Below are positions 7,924 through 16,427 of a stretch of DNA of 64,000 nucleotides, one piece after another (the stretch's first letter is position 1; each line of letters starts with the position of its first letter). Where the stretch lies: positions 161,722 through 225,721 of the forward strand of contig DFRJ01000001.1 in the NCBI GenBank assembly GCA_002378195.1, written 5' to 3'. Position numbers and translations under genes: made by a program. The notes beneath the pieces were generated by a model, which ran no database searches, had not been told where the DNA came from, and worked only from the letters and a program-made list of their open reading frames with translations. Origin of the DNA: Patescibacteria group bacterium UBA3466. GTDB taxonomy: Bacteria; Patescibacteriota; Minisyncoccia; Phycocordibacterales; UBA918.

Positions 7924-9312
7924 TTACACTTTGTTTAATTCTGATTCGGCTTTTCGTACAGCGTTTCTAACAATTTCTGGCAGGGCGGGGTGGATGTAGA
8001 TCATTTTTAGTAGGTCTGCGCAGGTGGCTTCCATGGTCATGGCCAGTATTAATTGGTGCACCATAGTAGCGGCTTCTTCACCAATAATATGCGCTCCCAG
8101 TAGTTTCTTACTCTCTTTATCGAACATTAGCTTGACGAGCCCTGTTTCTGGTAAGCGAGCCATACCCTGAGCACTGTGTTTGTATTCATGAGTCACCACC
8201 AGGTAATTAGCGCCGGTTTGGCGAAGTTGATCTTCGGTGGCACCAACGCCAGCAATCTCTGGGTAAGTGAAGACCGCGTGAGGCATTGGTGGGTAAGAAA
8301 TTTCTGCCTTCTCGGCATACTTGAATAGCTGCTCAAATAAATACTCACCTTCAAAGTTGACACTGTGTCGGAATAGAAAATTACCTACACAGTCGCCAAT
8401 AGCGTACACGCCAGACGCATTAGTTTCTAGATGACCGTTCACCTTTATGTAACCTCGTTCATCAGTTTGGATATTCGTATTCTCGATACCCAATTCATCT
8501 GTGTTTGGTGTCACTCCCGTGGCCAGGAATAGGGCATCTCCTGACACCCGTACTTCATTACCGGCGGGGTCTAGGCCAGTCAGGGTGAATTCGTCTGATT
8601 CATAAGAGACTGTCAGGTTTTGGGTGCCGTAAATTGTCTGGTGTTTTTTCTCAAAAATTTTCTGAAACTCTTCTCTGATAGTCTCGTCTTCATGGCTAAG
8701 GTAACAGTCCCGCACAAAGAATATTGTTTCAGTCCCGAGGGCGCTATAGACATGACCAAGCTCACTGGCGATGTAGCCGCCACCTATTACAAGTAATTTT
8801 TTCGGTTGCCGGTCTGGTTTGAGTACTTCGCGACTAGTCATATAAGGAGTACCGGCCAGTCCAGGAATTGGTGGCACATTCGGCCTTGAGCCGGTCGCAA
8901 TAACAATCAGCGGTGCAGTTATAGTTTCATCGCCAACTTTAATCACTTTATCTTCTACAAACAAAGCAGACCCTCGGTAATAGTCTAGGGTATCTATGGT
9001 GTCGTAGGTGGTAGCAATTGAAGCGCTTTCAGCCTCCACGGTTTTGTTTACACGGTCGAACAGTCTTTCAAAGTCAACCTTGCAGTCACCGTCTATTTCG
9101 ATGCTGTATTTATGCAGCTCCTTAGCGTGATTCAGAACATTGGCCGGGTGGATTAGCATTTTTGAGGGGATGCAACCTCGATTGAGACAAGTGCCACCTA
9201 AGTCTTCTTTCTCAATGATCGCTACTCGCTTGCCGAGCTTAGCTGCGGGGGTAGATAGTTTGGTGCCGCCACCAGCTCCTATGACAATTAGGTCGTATTC
9301 TTTCATGCTCAT
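7924..9312 (-). CDS. FAD-dependent pyridine nucleotide-disulfide oxidoreductase (dihydrolipoyl dehydrogenase / glutathione-reductase class I)
   Basis: DLIVIGAGGGT FAD-binding motif, redox-active disulfide GGTCLNRGCIPSK, second Rossmann fold LLVIGGGYIASE, C-terminal HPALPE interface motif. Confidence 0.8.
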   Translation of the reverse strand: MSMKEYDLIVIGAGGGTKLSTPAAKLGKRVAIIEKEDLGGTCLNRGCIPSKMLIHPANVLNHAKELHKYSIEIDGDCKVDFERLFDRVNKTVEAESASIATTYDTIDTLDYYRGSALFVEDKVIKVGDETITAPLIVIATGSRPNVPPIPGLAGTPYMTSREVLKPDRQPKKLLVIGGGYIASELGHVYSALGTETIFFVRDCYLSHEDETIREEFQKIFEKKHQTIYGTQNLTVSYESDEFTLTGLDPAGNEVRVSGDALFLATGVTPNTDELGIENTNIQTDERGYIKVNGHLETNASGVYAIGDCVGNFLFRHSVNFEGEYLFEQLFKYAEKAEISYPPMPHAVFTYPEIAGVGATEDQLRQTGANYLVVTHEYKHSAQGMARLPETGLVKLMFDKESKKLLGAHIIGEEAATMVHQLILAMTMEATCADLLKMIYIHPALPEIVRNAVRKAESELNKV

Positions 9313-9321
9313 TATTTTAAG

Positions 9322-10737
9322 TTAGTTCATCTGTTCTTTCTCTTGTAAAAAGACCTCCTTCGCTTTCTTGTAGGTTTCCATCGTGCGGTGGTAGCTCATC
9401 TTTTGGTCGACGAGTGGGGCAGGGTAATCAGGAGCGAGTGTGCTGAAGTTTTGAGTTTTGCCATCAGTGAGAAGTGAGGCGTCTACCTCTGACAGTTCAG
9501 GAATCCATTTCTTAATATACTCAGCATCTTTATCGTAGTTTACTGCCTGTGTGTACGGGTTAAAGATTCTTAGTGGACGCGGGTCAGCGCCCGTTGACGC
9601 GCTCCATTGCCAGCCACCATTATTTTGACAGGGATCATAATCAATTAATTTTTGGGCAAAATATTTTTCACCCCACTGCCAATTGATAAGGAGATTTTTG
9701 GTAAGGTAGGAGGCAACCACCATACGTGAACGATTATGCATCCAGCCGGTTTTATTTAGCTCGCGCATACCAGCGTCGACCATCGGCACACCGGTTTTGC
9801 CTTCACACCAAGCTTCAAACTGTTCCTCGTCATTAATCCACTCGAGGTGCTTGGCCCACGGCAGGAAAGAGTTTTTGAATACCTGAGGGAAGTGATAAGT
9901 GATATAGAAATAAAAGTCGCGCCAGTATAGTTCTGAAATAAAATGACAACCGATGCCCGAGTGTTCTTTAGCAGTATGGAAACTTTCGCGAATCGAAATT
10001 GTGCCAAATTTATGATGAGCGGATAGTTTCGAGGTGCCGTTGTCGGCCGGGAGGTTGCGTCGATCTTTGTAGTTATTAAGGTACTGGTTTTTATTGAGAA
10101 TCGCGAGACCTTCTTCGCGTCCACCCTGAATCACGTAGTCTTCATTTTTAGGAAGGAGATAGTCTTCCAGTGCCACTAGTTCGGTCTTAAGTGCACTACT
10201 AAAATAATTATCAAAATTATTTTTGCGTGGTTTAGGTACTTCATTTTGAATTGCGTTCTTCATGAACGGAGTGTAGACGGTGTAGACCTTGTCCTGACCG
10301 GTGCGAATAGTTTCGATTGGACTGAGCGCCACATCATCAAGCCTGAAAAGGGGTACTTCCACTGCTTTACACACATCATTAATTTCGCCATCACGTTTTC
10401 GAGAGAAGGGAGTGTAGTCCTTGTTTACATACACAGCCTCCACCTGGTCGTTTTCGATGAGTGATTTTACGACTAATTCAGGCTGACCATGAGCGACGTG
10501 TAATTGCGAGCCACGGTTTTTGAGTGCTTCATCAAGTTCGGCGAGGGAGTTAAGCATGAAGTAGAAAGCGGGGGAGCTAAAAAACTCATTCTCTTTCTTA
10601 TTAATTTGTCGGTCATCAAATATAAATAAAGGCACCACTTCTTCCGAGTTTTCCAAGGCAGCTAACAAGCCGAGGTTGTCTTCCAGTCGCAGATCTCGCC
10701 TGAAAATAAAAACCGATCTTTTATAGGTTTTATCCAT
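9322..10737 (-). CDS. phr: Deoxyribodipyrimidine (CPD) photolyase
   Basis: N-terminal RSVFIFRRDLRLEDN and C-terminal FAD-binding block (GWMHNRSRMVVASYL, DYDPCQNNGGWQW) typical of class I CPD photolyase/cryptochrome. Confidence 0.85.
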   Translation of the reverse strand: MDKTYKRSVFIFRRDLRLEDNLGLLAALENSEEVVPLFIFDDRQINKKENEFFSSPAFYFMLNSLAELDEALKNRGSQLHVAHGQPELVVKSLIENDQVEAVYVNKDYTPFSRKRDGEINDVCKAVEVPLFRLDDVALSPIETIRTGQDKVYTVYTPFMKNAIQNEVPKPRKNNFDNYFSSALKTELVALEDYLLPKNEDYVIQGGREEGLAILNKNQYLNNYKDRRNLPADNGTSKLSAHHKFGTISIRESFHTAKEHSGIGCHFISELYWRDFYFYITYHFPQVFKNSFLPWAKHLEWINDEEQFEAWCEGKTGVPMVDAGMRELNKTGWMHNRSRMVVASYLTKNLLINWQWGEKYFAQKLIDYDPCQNNGGWQWSASTGADPRPLRIFNPYTQAVNYDKDAEYIKKWIPELSEVDASLLTDGKTQNFSTLAPDYPAPLVDQKMSYHRTMETYKKAKEVFLQEKEQMN

Positions 10738-10770
10738 AAGTATTTAGTATAGTCAAAACCTGCTGTTTAG

Positions 10771-12015
10771 CTAGTTCATATCCAGAATCAACCCGGCCCA
10801 GGTGAAGCGGTCGGCGCCCATACCTTGGCCGGTTTCAGGATGGTAGTACTCACGCATGCCAGACTTTCGGATTAGTTCTTCAGTAGAGGTTTTTAGTTTA
10901 GCCGCTTCCTCGTTAAAACCGTATCGCTTTAATCCTTGGTAAACACACCAATTGACCACCATCCAGATTGGCCCGCGCCAATGCGGGTGCTGCCACGGTT
11001 GACCAAAGTCTGGTTCGGTGGGGGCGTAGGCTTCATCGCTCTGACTAACGGTCGGGATTGAAAATGGGGTAGAGAAGTGACGGGGAGAATTAAAATATTT
11101 ATCGATTAACTCAGACGCTTCTTCTGGTGAGTATAATCCAGCGAATAAGGGGGCAAAATGAGCCCAAGTATCTACTTCAATGAGTGGTTGGCTGGGTCCC
11201 ATAGCGCTCAAAAATACTCCGTCACTAAAACAGTAGCGCCGCAAATCCTCGGCAGTTTGATCGGCTTGCTGAAGCAGCTGATCAGATTTTGTCTGATCTC
11301 CCAAAATTTCAGCTATCCGACTTAAGGAGCGGACGCTCTCTAGGGTGAAAATATTGAATGGCACGTCTTCGACCCAGAAGTGTTCGTGTGTACCCTGATT
11401 AGCCTTAAACGCATTTTGCTTATGCACGTCAAATAAGGCAAACCGCTTTTTTTGATTTTCCTCTACATCGTGTATTGGTGGCAAGTCGAGCGCGATATCA
11501 AAACGCGGTGAGTTATCCTCGCCCGATTCGTCGGGGTTGATGATGCCGTAAATATTTCGGTTGGGAAGTTGGCGCTCACGCGCTAGGTATTCGTGCCACT
11601 TCACCAGTTTGGGGAAAATGCGCTGCAGCCAATCAGTATTACTGGTCTTTTCAAAAATTCTTAAAGCAGTGTATGCAATGACCGGCGGCTGGATGAGGGT
11701 GGTAGTGTTAGTGTCGACGCCCCAGTCAACCGGGTACACATCGTGGTCACGCTCCCAGTAGATCACGTGAGGTACCATGCCGTTTTCCCACTGTTTGGTT
11801 AGCAAGGTTTCGATTTCTTTTTCTGCCAGTTCTGGCTGGTAGTAGCTATATATGAGAGCATGCCAACAAGAGTCCCAGAGCCATTGGTAGGGGTAGGCGC
11901 GGTCGGAAGGCACGGTGTAGAAATGTCCGCCAGACTTACGCTGGTTGTTGGCCATGGTTGATTTGATAAGGGGCAAGAACTCACTTTCCATGGTCTCATT
12001 ATAGCGGTCAATCAT
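10771..12015 (-). CDS. GH63-like six-hairpin glycoside hydrolase (mannosylglycerate/glucosylglycerate hydrolase-like)
   Basis: YPYQWLWDSCWHA and HPHWRGPIWMVVNWCVYQGL blocks resemble the MGH1-like / GH63 alpha-alpha toroid glycosidases. Confidence 0.55.
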   Translation of the reverse strand: MIDRYNETMESEFLPLIKSTMANNQRKSGGHFYTVPSDRAYPYQWLWDSCWHALIYSYYQPELAEKEIETLLTKQWENGMVPHVIYWERDHDVYPVDWGVDTNTTTLIQPPVIAYTALRIFEKTSNTDWLQRIFPKLVKWHEYLARERQLPNRNIYGIINPDESGEDNSPRFDIALDLPPIHDVEENQKKRFALFDVHKQNAFKANQGTHEHFWVEDVPFNIFTLESVRSLSRIAEILGDQTKSDQLLQQADQTAEDLRRYCFSDGVFLSAMGPSQPLIEVDTWAHFAPLFAGLYSPEEASELIDKYFNSPRHFSTPFSIPTVSQSDEAYAPTEPDFGQPWQHPHWRGPIWMVVNWCVYQGLKRYGFNEEAAKLKTSTEELIRKSGMREYYHPETGQGMGADRFTWAGLILDMN

Positions 12016-12027
12016 CGCCGTCGCTTA

Positions 12028-13464
12028 TTAATCACTGGATAAATAATCTTTGGCCTGACTTAAATGCGTGCGCTTTTTTTCTTCAGTCATTTTTTCTAAT
12101 AACCTAGGCATCATCGAGAGCCGGTGATTTGATTTGAAAAAATCTAAATGTTCATTAATAAAATTCCAGTAGAGGGCCGTCCAGGTTTCCTCCCAGTCAC
12201 CCTTGGGGAAATCAGACATTTTCTTTAAGTAGTTGCTGCCGGAGATGTATGGTTTGGTGGCAAAGCTACCGCCATCAGCAAATTGGCTCATGCCGTAGAC
12301 ATTGGGCACCATCACCCAGTCGTAGGCATCAACATACATACCCATAAACCAGCGGTAGACTTCATCGGGATGTATTTGACTCAGGAGCATAAAATTTCCC
12401 ATGACCATAAGTCGTTCTATGTGGTGGGTATACCCAAATTTTAAAGCGGTATTTATCACCTGGTCGACTGGCATGATGCCGGTCTTGCCTGACCAGTGAC
12501 TATCCTGCAGTTTTCGTGTATGTGCAAAAAAGTTTTGGTTACGCATGACGTTACCATCAACTTCGTAGCTAGCTCGTATGAATTCTCGCCAACCTAAAAT
12601 CTGTCGAACAAAACCTTCTATTGAATTGAAGGGTATTTTGTTATCTTCAGCATAATTGATCGCTGTCTTTAAAACGGAGTCGGGTTCTAGCAGCCCCACA
12701 TTAATAAGAGGGGATAAGGCTGAGTGAAAAAGCCGAGTACCTTTGGTGGTCATAGCATCTTCGTAGGTGCCGAAGTGGTGGAAGCGGAGGCGGAAAAATT
12801 CCTGGAGGAATTTTTCCGCCTCCGACCTCGTATAAGGCAGCCAGCACCCCGCTTCACCATAAATTTCTCCTTCAATTTCAGCGCTCCACTCAATCGCCGC
12901 TTTTACCTCATTGTTAGATATAAACTCTATATCTGTTGGCCGGTCAATGTCCCGCGGCAGTTTTTTGCGATTATCATCATCAAAACTCCATTTGCCTCCC
13001 GCCGGTTCACCTCGATCGTCTATCAAAATATTTTTATCAATTCGCAGCTGTTTATAGAAACTAGCCATAAATTTACGACTCGACACAAACCGGTGCATTG
13101 CCTCGGCTTTTGTTAATACAAACAAGGGTGAGTCGTACCAGACGCGCTCAATATTTAGTTGGGCAATTTTTCTCTCGAGGTAGTTGTCTGTGGTGTCGAC
13201 GACATGAATTTGTTCTATCTGGTCGCGGTTCAGGATTTCTCCCAAGTCATTTCGGACAGACACTCTAGTTACTTGATAGCCAGCTTGCTCTAACTCAGCC
13301 TGATAAACATCCATAGTTAGTTTGTGGAAGATTAATTTCTGGCGGTGGATTGGATTGTGGGTAAGGATTAGTGGCTCTTCAACTAAATAAATTGGCCGCC
13401 CCAGCGAGACGGCCGGCGAAGTCTCAAATAATTGGTGAGGGTAGATGATAGTGGCTTCATTCAT
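12028..13464 (-). CDS. Cryptochrome/photolyase-family protein (COG3046, (6-4)-photolyase-related)
   Basis: MNEATIIYPHQLF... N-terminus and overall ~480-aa architecture of photolyase-related PhrB-like proteins. Few cysteines, so an Fe-S cluster is not evident. Confidence 0.65.
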   Translation of the reverse strand: MNEATIIYPHQLFETSPAVSLGRPIYLVEEPLILTHNPIHRQKLIFHKLTMDVYQAELEQAGYQVTRVSVRNDLGEILNRDQIEQIHVVDTTDNYLERKIAQLNIERVWYDSPLFVLTKAEAMHRFVSSRKFMASFYKQLRIDKNILIDDRGEPAGGKWSFDDDNRKKLPRDIDRPTDIEFISNNEVKAAIEWSAEIEGEIYGEAGCWLPYTRSEAEKFLQEFFRLRFHHFGTYEDAMTTKGTRLFHSALSPLINVGLLEPDSVLKTAINYAEDNKIPFNSIEGFVRQILGWREFIRASYEVDGNVMRNQNFFAHTRKLQDSHWSGKTGIMPVDQVINTALKFGYTHHIERLMVMGNFMLLSQIHPDEVYRWFMGMYVDAYDWVMVPNVYGMSQFADGGSFATKPYISGSNYLKKMSDFPKGDWEETWTALYWNFINEHLDFFKSNHRLSMMPRLLEKMTEEKKRTHLSQAKDYLSSD

Positions 13465-13513
13465 ATTATGTTTGTGTTAGACGATGTTACCACGATCTAA
13501 TTGCAGAGCGTGT

Positions 13514-14056
13514 CTAATCGCAAACTCCGGCTGCCCAGAGGCCGAGTTGATTAGATTTCGCATATTGTTCAGCGGCTTGGAAGTCAGCTTGGTACTGGTA
13601 TGGAGTTTTAAAAGTGTATTCATAGCCAAAACCATTTCTGATCATCTTCTCAGCAAAGTTTTCGCCTGAGGTTAAAAAGATGTAACCAAGCAACCGGTCG
13701 TATTGATCACGCTTGGCTTGACTTGGGTCATGAGTGAAAGTGACTGTCTGATTAGTTAAAATTCTTCTGGCTTCTTCGGTTGCCTCTTGGCCAAAACACT
13801 CTTCTTTTCGATACGGACTGTCAGTCTCGGGGGTGTTGAGGCCCACCAAGCGTACGCTTTCGATAGTGTCGTCTATGTTTAGCCGGATCGTGTCCCCATC
13901 TATGATGTCTACCACTTGGTATTGATTGTGAGGAGAGGAGGTCGCTGCCGGTTCCTCTCGATCGAGGTTTTTGTTGACCCCGGTTTCAGCCGGCACAAAC
14001 TCTGACCAAAGCATCAGGCCAGTTATGATCAAAATGAGAGGAAGGATTAATTTCAT
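13514..14056 (-). CDS. Secreted thermonuclease (SNase/micrococcal nuclease family)
   Basis: Signal peptide MKLILPLILIITG, then VVDIIDGDTIRL...VRLVGLNTPE...CFGQEATEEA catalytic blocks of staphylococcal-nuclease homologues. Confidence 0.8.
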   Translation of the reverse strand: MKLILPLILIITGLMLWSEFVPAETGVNKNLDREEPAATSSPHNQYQVVDIIDGDTIRLNIDDTIESVRLVGLNTPETDSPYRKEECFGQEATEEARRILTNQTVTFTHDPSQAKRDQYDRLLGYIFLTSGENFAEKMIRNGFGYEYTFKTPYQYQADFQAAEQYAKSNQLGLWAAGVCD

Positions 14057-14061
14057 TTTGA

Positions 14062-14478
14062 TTATTCTTTCGGACAAGCCAAATCTTCTTCACTAAATAC
14101 GCCGCTGGGGCAGACGTCGTAAATAGCAGTTGGTTTTAGTACCAGCAAACCCTTGGTCACCCGTTCGGGATTTTGAGTTTCGACCCAGGCTGCCGCCTCT
14201 TCAAACTCTGCTCCAGCACTAAGATAGGTAACCTCGGCTTTTATCTGGACACCGGTCATATCGGTCCAAGCGGCTAAAGCTACTTGCCCGTCAGCTGCCA
14301 GATTATTCTTGGTTTTATTCATGAAAAAATCGAAGAGCCAGATTGAATCTGAATTGACTCTAATCATTGAAACCGGCACCACGTTTATTCCTTCTGGCCC
14401 ATTGGTGGCCAAGGCTTTGGCGCTGGCATTTTCTAAGAGGGATTTGATTGTAGTTGAAAGTGACACGATAAAATACAC
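14062..14478 (-). CDS. Pyridoxamine 5'-phosphate oxidase-like FMN-binding split-barrel protein
   Basis: LATNGPEGINVVPVSMIRV pattern of the PNPOx-like family; 138 aa. Confidence 0.6.
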   Translation of the reverse strand: MYFIVSLSTTIKSLLENASAKALATNGPEGINVVPVSMIRVNSDSIWLFDFFMNKTKNNLAADGQVALAAWTDMTGVQIKAEVTYLSAGAEFEEAAAWVETQNPERVTKGLLVLKPTAIYDVCPSGVFSEEDLACPKE

Positions 14479-14519
14479 TTAGATTGGTATTCTTCCATTA
14501 TACTCCGCTTCATCTTTGT

Positions 14520-14549
14520 TACGTAGCATGTTACGTAACATGCTACGTA
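14520..14549. promoter_or_regulatory. Perfect 30-bp palindrome tacgtagcatgttacgtaacatgctacgta in the divergent promoter region
   Basis: The sequence equals its own reverse complement; between divergently transcribed genes ending at 14478 (-) and starting at 14675 (+). Confidence 0.6.
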
Positions 14550-14674
14550 GCAAGTACCTAAACTGAAACTATTGGAACATCAGAAACATCAATTGTTCCT
14601 TTATATAAAACATGAGGTATACCAGCATAAAGAAGTGGCTTTTTCTTTTCCGTTATAGACTATAATAACCAGTA

Positions 14675-15190
14675 ATGAATCAAGAAATATTTAACGGAAA
14701 GGTTGTTCGGTTGATGATTGAACCAAAAGAAGTTAATGGTAAAACTATAGATTTTGAAAAAGTTTATTTACCGGGTTCGGTGCATATTTTTCCGATAACA
14801 GATGAGGGTAAGATTCGTCTGGTTAGAGAGAGGAGACATGAGCAGGATGGGAAAGTGAAAGACAAAGTAACGGCTGGCATTATCGAGAAAGATGAAGATT
14901 CTCTGGTGGCTGCAAAGCGGGAGCTTAAAGAAGAGCTGGGGTTAATAGCCGAAGAGTGGAAAGAGGTTTATGTGGCGGAGCAGAAAGGAGCTGTTAACGA
15001 TAGTCGCGTATATTATTCAGCAAAAAATCTAATTCAAGTGGATTTAGAGCATGATGAAGGGGAAGATATACTGGGTTTTGTAGACTACACCTTGGAAGAA
15101 CTTTTTCAGAAAGTTGTAGATGGAGATTTTGGTTCGTCGCCAACTGCTGTTGTGATTGCTAGGTTGTGTCATCAAGGATTGGAGCTTTAG
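14675..15190 (+). CDS. NUDIX hydrolase (ADP-ribose pyrophosphatase-like)
   Basis: Nudix box AGIIEKDEDSLVAAKRELKEELGL. Confidence 0.8.
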   Translation: MNQEIFNGKVVRLMIEPKEVNGKTIDFEKVYLPGSVHIFPITDEGKIRLVRERRHEQDGKVKDKVTAGIIEKDEDSLVAAKRELKEELGLIAEEWKEVYVAEQKGAVNDSRVYYSAKNLIQVDLEHDEGEDILGFVDYTLEELFQKVVDGDFGSSPTAVVIARLCHQGLEL

Positions 15191-15202
15191 TCTGGTTTGT
15201 TT

Positions 15203-15280
15203 AAGTACAGTAGGCACTAAAAAAATACCCCAAAATAAGTTTTTAAATATCGCTTCTTGGAATGGGCACGTACTGTCCAT
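15203..15280. repeat. Repeat R1 (direct repeat of R2 at 15878-15960), includes a degenerate tRNA-His 3'-end-like segment aatgggc
   Basis: Shares acagtaggcactaaaaa (17/17) and aaatat(c/a)gcttctt(g/a)(g/a)aatgggc with R2. Confidence 0.6.
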
Positions 15281-15415
15281 GCGACGTAACTAGTTTGAGG
15301 AAATTTGTGCGGATTAGTTGGGGAAGGTGAGGAGACATTTACTGAATAATATTGGCATATAAATATATTTGTGGCATTATTCCTAATAGGATTCAACTGT
15401 ACATGGAGGTGGGCT

Positions 15416-15808
15416 ATGCCCAAGACATTTCAACTCATAGATCTGATGTCCGCTAACGGCGGCGACGGCGAAGTTCACGATAATTTCAAGGACGCTCTGC
15501 GCGATCTCTATGATCGCATAAATCATGTCATGGATAATGGAACGATGACGAGTCAGTGGCTTGAAACCAGTGTCTGGATTTCCGTTGAAGATATTGATCC
15601 TGATACTGATACTGATCTGCGTGGTCCGATTTACTTCTACGATGCGCGCGACATCGCAATCAAGTATGGCTTGGTCGACGGTGGCGCCAAGGTAGTAAAC
15701 GAAGGCGGGCATGAGCCTGATGGTGACATGTTGGTTGAGGTAGCACTGCTGTGTACTATCGACGGTGGCGCCGAACAATACATCAAAGGTCTTGATAGGG
15801 TAGCGTAG
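15416..15808 (+). CDS. Hypothetical acidic protein; cargo of the repeat-flanked insertion at tRNA-His
   Basis: 130-aa ORF between R1 and R2; no recognisable domain. Confidence 0.4.
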   Translation: MPKTFQLIDLMSANGGDGEVHDNFKDALRDLYDRINHVMDNGTMTSQWLETSVWISVEDIDPDTDTDLRGPIYFYDARDIAIKYGLVDGGAKVVNEGGHEPDGDMLVEVALLCTIDGGAEQYIKGLDRVA

Positions 15809-15877
15809 CACCCGCCAGCACTGAACGAATTGGCTCGCCAGTCGTAGTGTTGGCGGGTCTTTTCTTTTGATTCCACT

Positions 15878-15960
15878 ACTGACAGTAGGCACTAAAAACA
15901 CCATCTAAATATGTTGCTAAATATAGCTTCTTAAAATGGGCGGCTACCGGGAATCGTCCT
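15878..15960. repeat. Repeat R2 ending in a partial copy of the tRNA-His 3' end (ggcggctaccgggaatcg)
   Basis: Matches tRNA-His 3' segment ggcgactaccgggaatcg at 16153-16172 in 17/18 positions; the left part is homologous to R1. Confidence 0.6.
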
Positions 15961-16152
15961 GACGGTCACCAAGTTATTTTGCTTCGTTTCCTCACAAAAT
16001 AACTGGTGCCGCGGGACACACCTCGCTTGTTCGTCATCCTTCCTCACACCGCTCCGGCGTTCGATTCCTGACGCGAGCAAAGCAGTTTGCTCGCTGTATC
16101 CGCCGTCACCAAATCAAAACACTCCCAAAAGGGAGTGTTTTGATTTGCCGAT
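15938..16152. mobile_element. ~200-nt tRNA-associated element between a partial tRNA-His 3'-end copy and tRNA-His; homologous to the element downstream of tRNA-Val
   Basis: Same block order as 2722-2925 (ggtcacc, tattttgcttcg, ctcacaaaata, ccgctccgg); contains a terminator hairpin caaaacactccc-aaaa-gggagtgttttg at 16118-16146. Confidence 0.45.
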
Positions 16153-16226
16153 GGGCGACTACCGGGAATCGAACCCGAACTGCCGGTACCACAAACCGGT
16201 GCACTAACCGTTATACTATAGTCGCC
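16153..16226 (-). tRNA. tRNA-His (anticodon GTG) with encoded G-1
   Basis: Reverse complement G-GCGACTA-TA-GTAT-AACGGTTA-GTGC-A-CCGGT-TTGTGGT-ACCGG-CAGT-TCGGG-TTCGATT-CCCGG-TAGTCGC-C. G-1 and C73 are bacterial tRNA-His identity features. Confidence 0.8.
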
Positions 16227-16427
16227 ATGTTGTAGGGTGGGATTTTGCTGACGGCAGAGCCGGCAAAATTCCACCCGAGTGGCTACATTTATACCTATTT
16301 TTACTGTAAATGTCGAGAGCTTCATTCGAATTTAACGATACACTAATGTATATTTAGTTTATGGACAAAACATTTCTCATGGTGTCATTATTTTTCACCT
16401 TTATTATTGGTTTGAGTATCGGCTTTT

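Noticed and set aside
7418-7999. 193-aa alternate-frame ORF overlapping 7327-7872
   Set aside because: The 7327 frame has a signal peptide and a strong Shine-Dalgarno sequence; the alternate frame has neither and runs through the terminator.
10771-12015. Trehalase (GH37) assignment for the glycosidase
   Set aside because: Motif similarity is closer to GH63/MGH1-like six-hairpin enzymes; without an HMM search I cannot separate these, so I kept the broader call.
15191-16226. Intact prophage or integrative element
   Set aside because: No integrase, recombinase or phage structural genes are present; only att-like repeats and one short cargo ORF remain, so it is treated as a degraded insertion.
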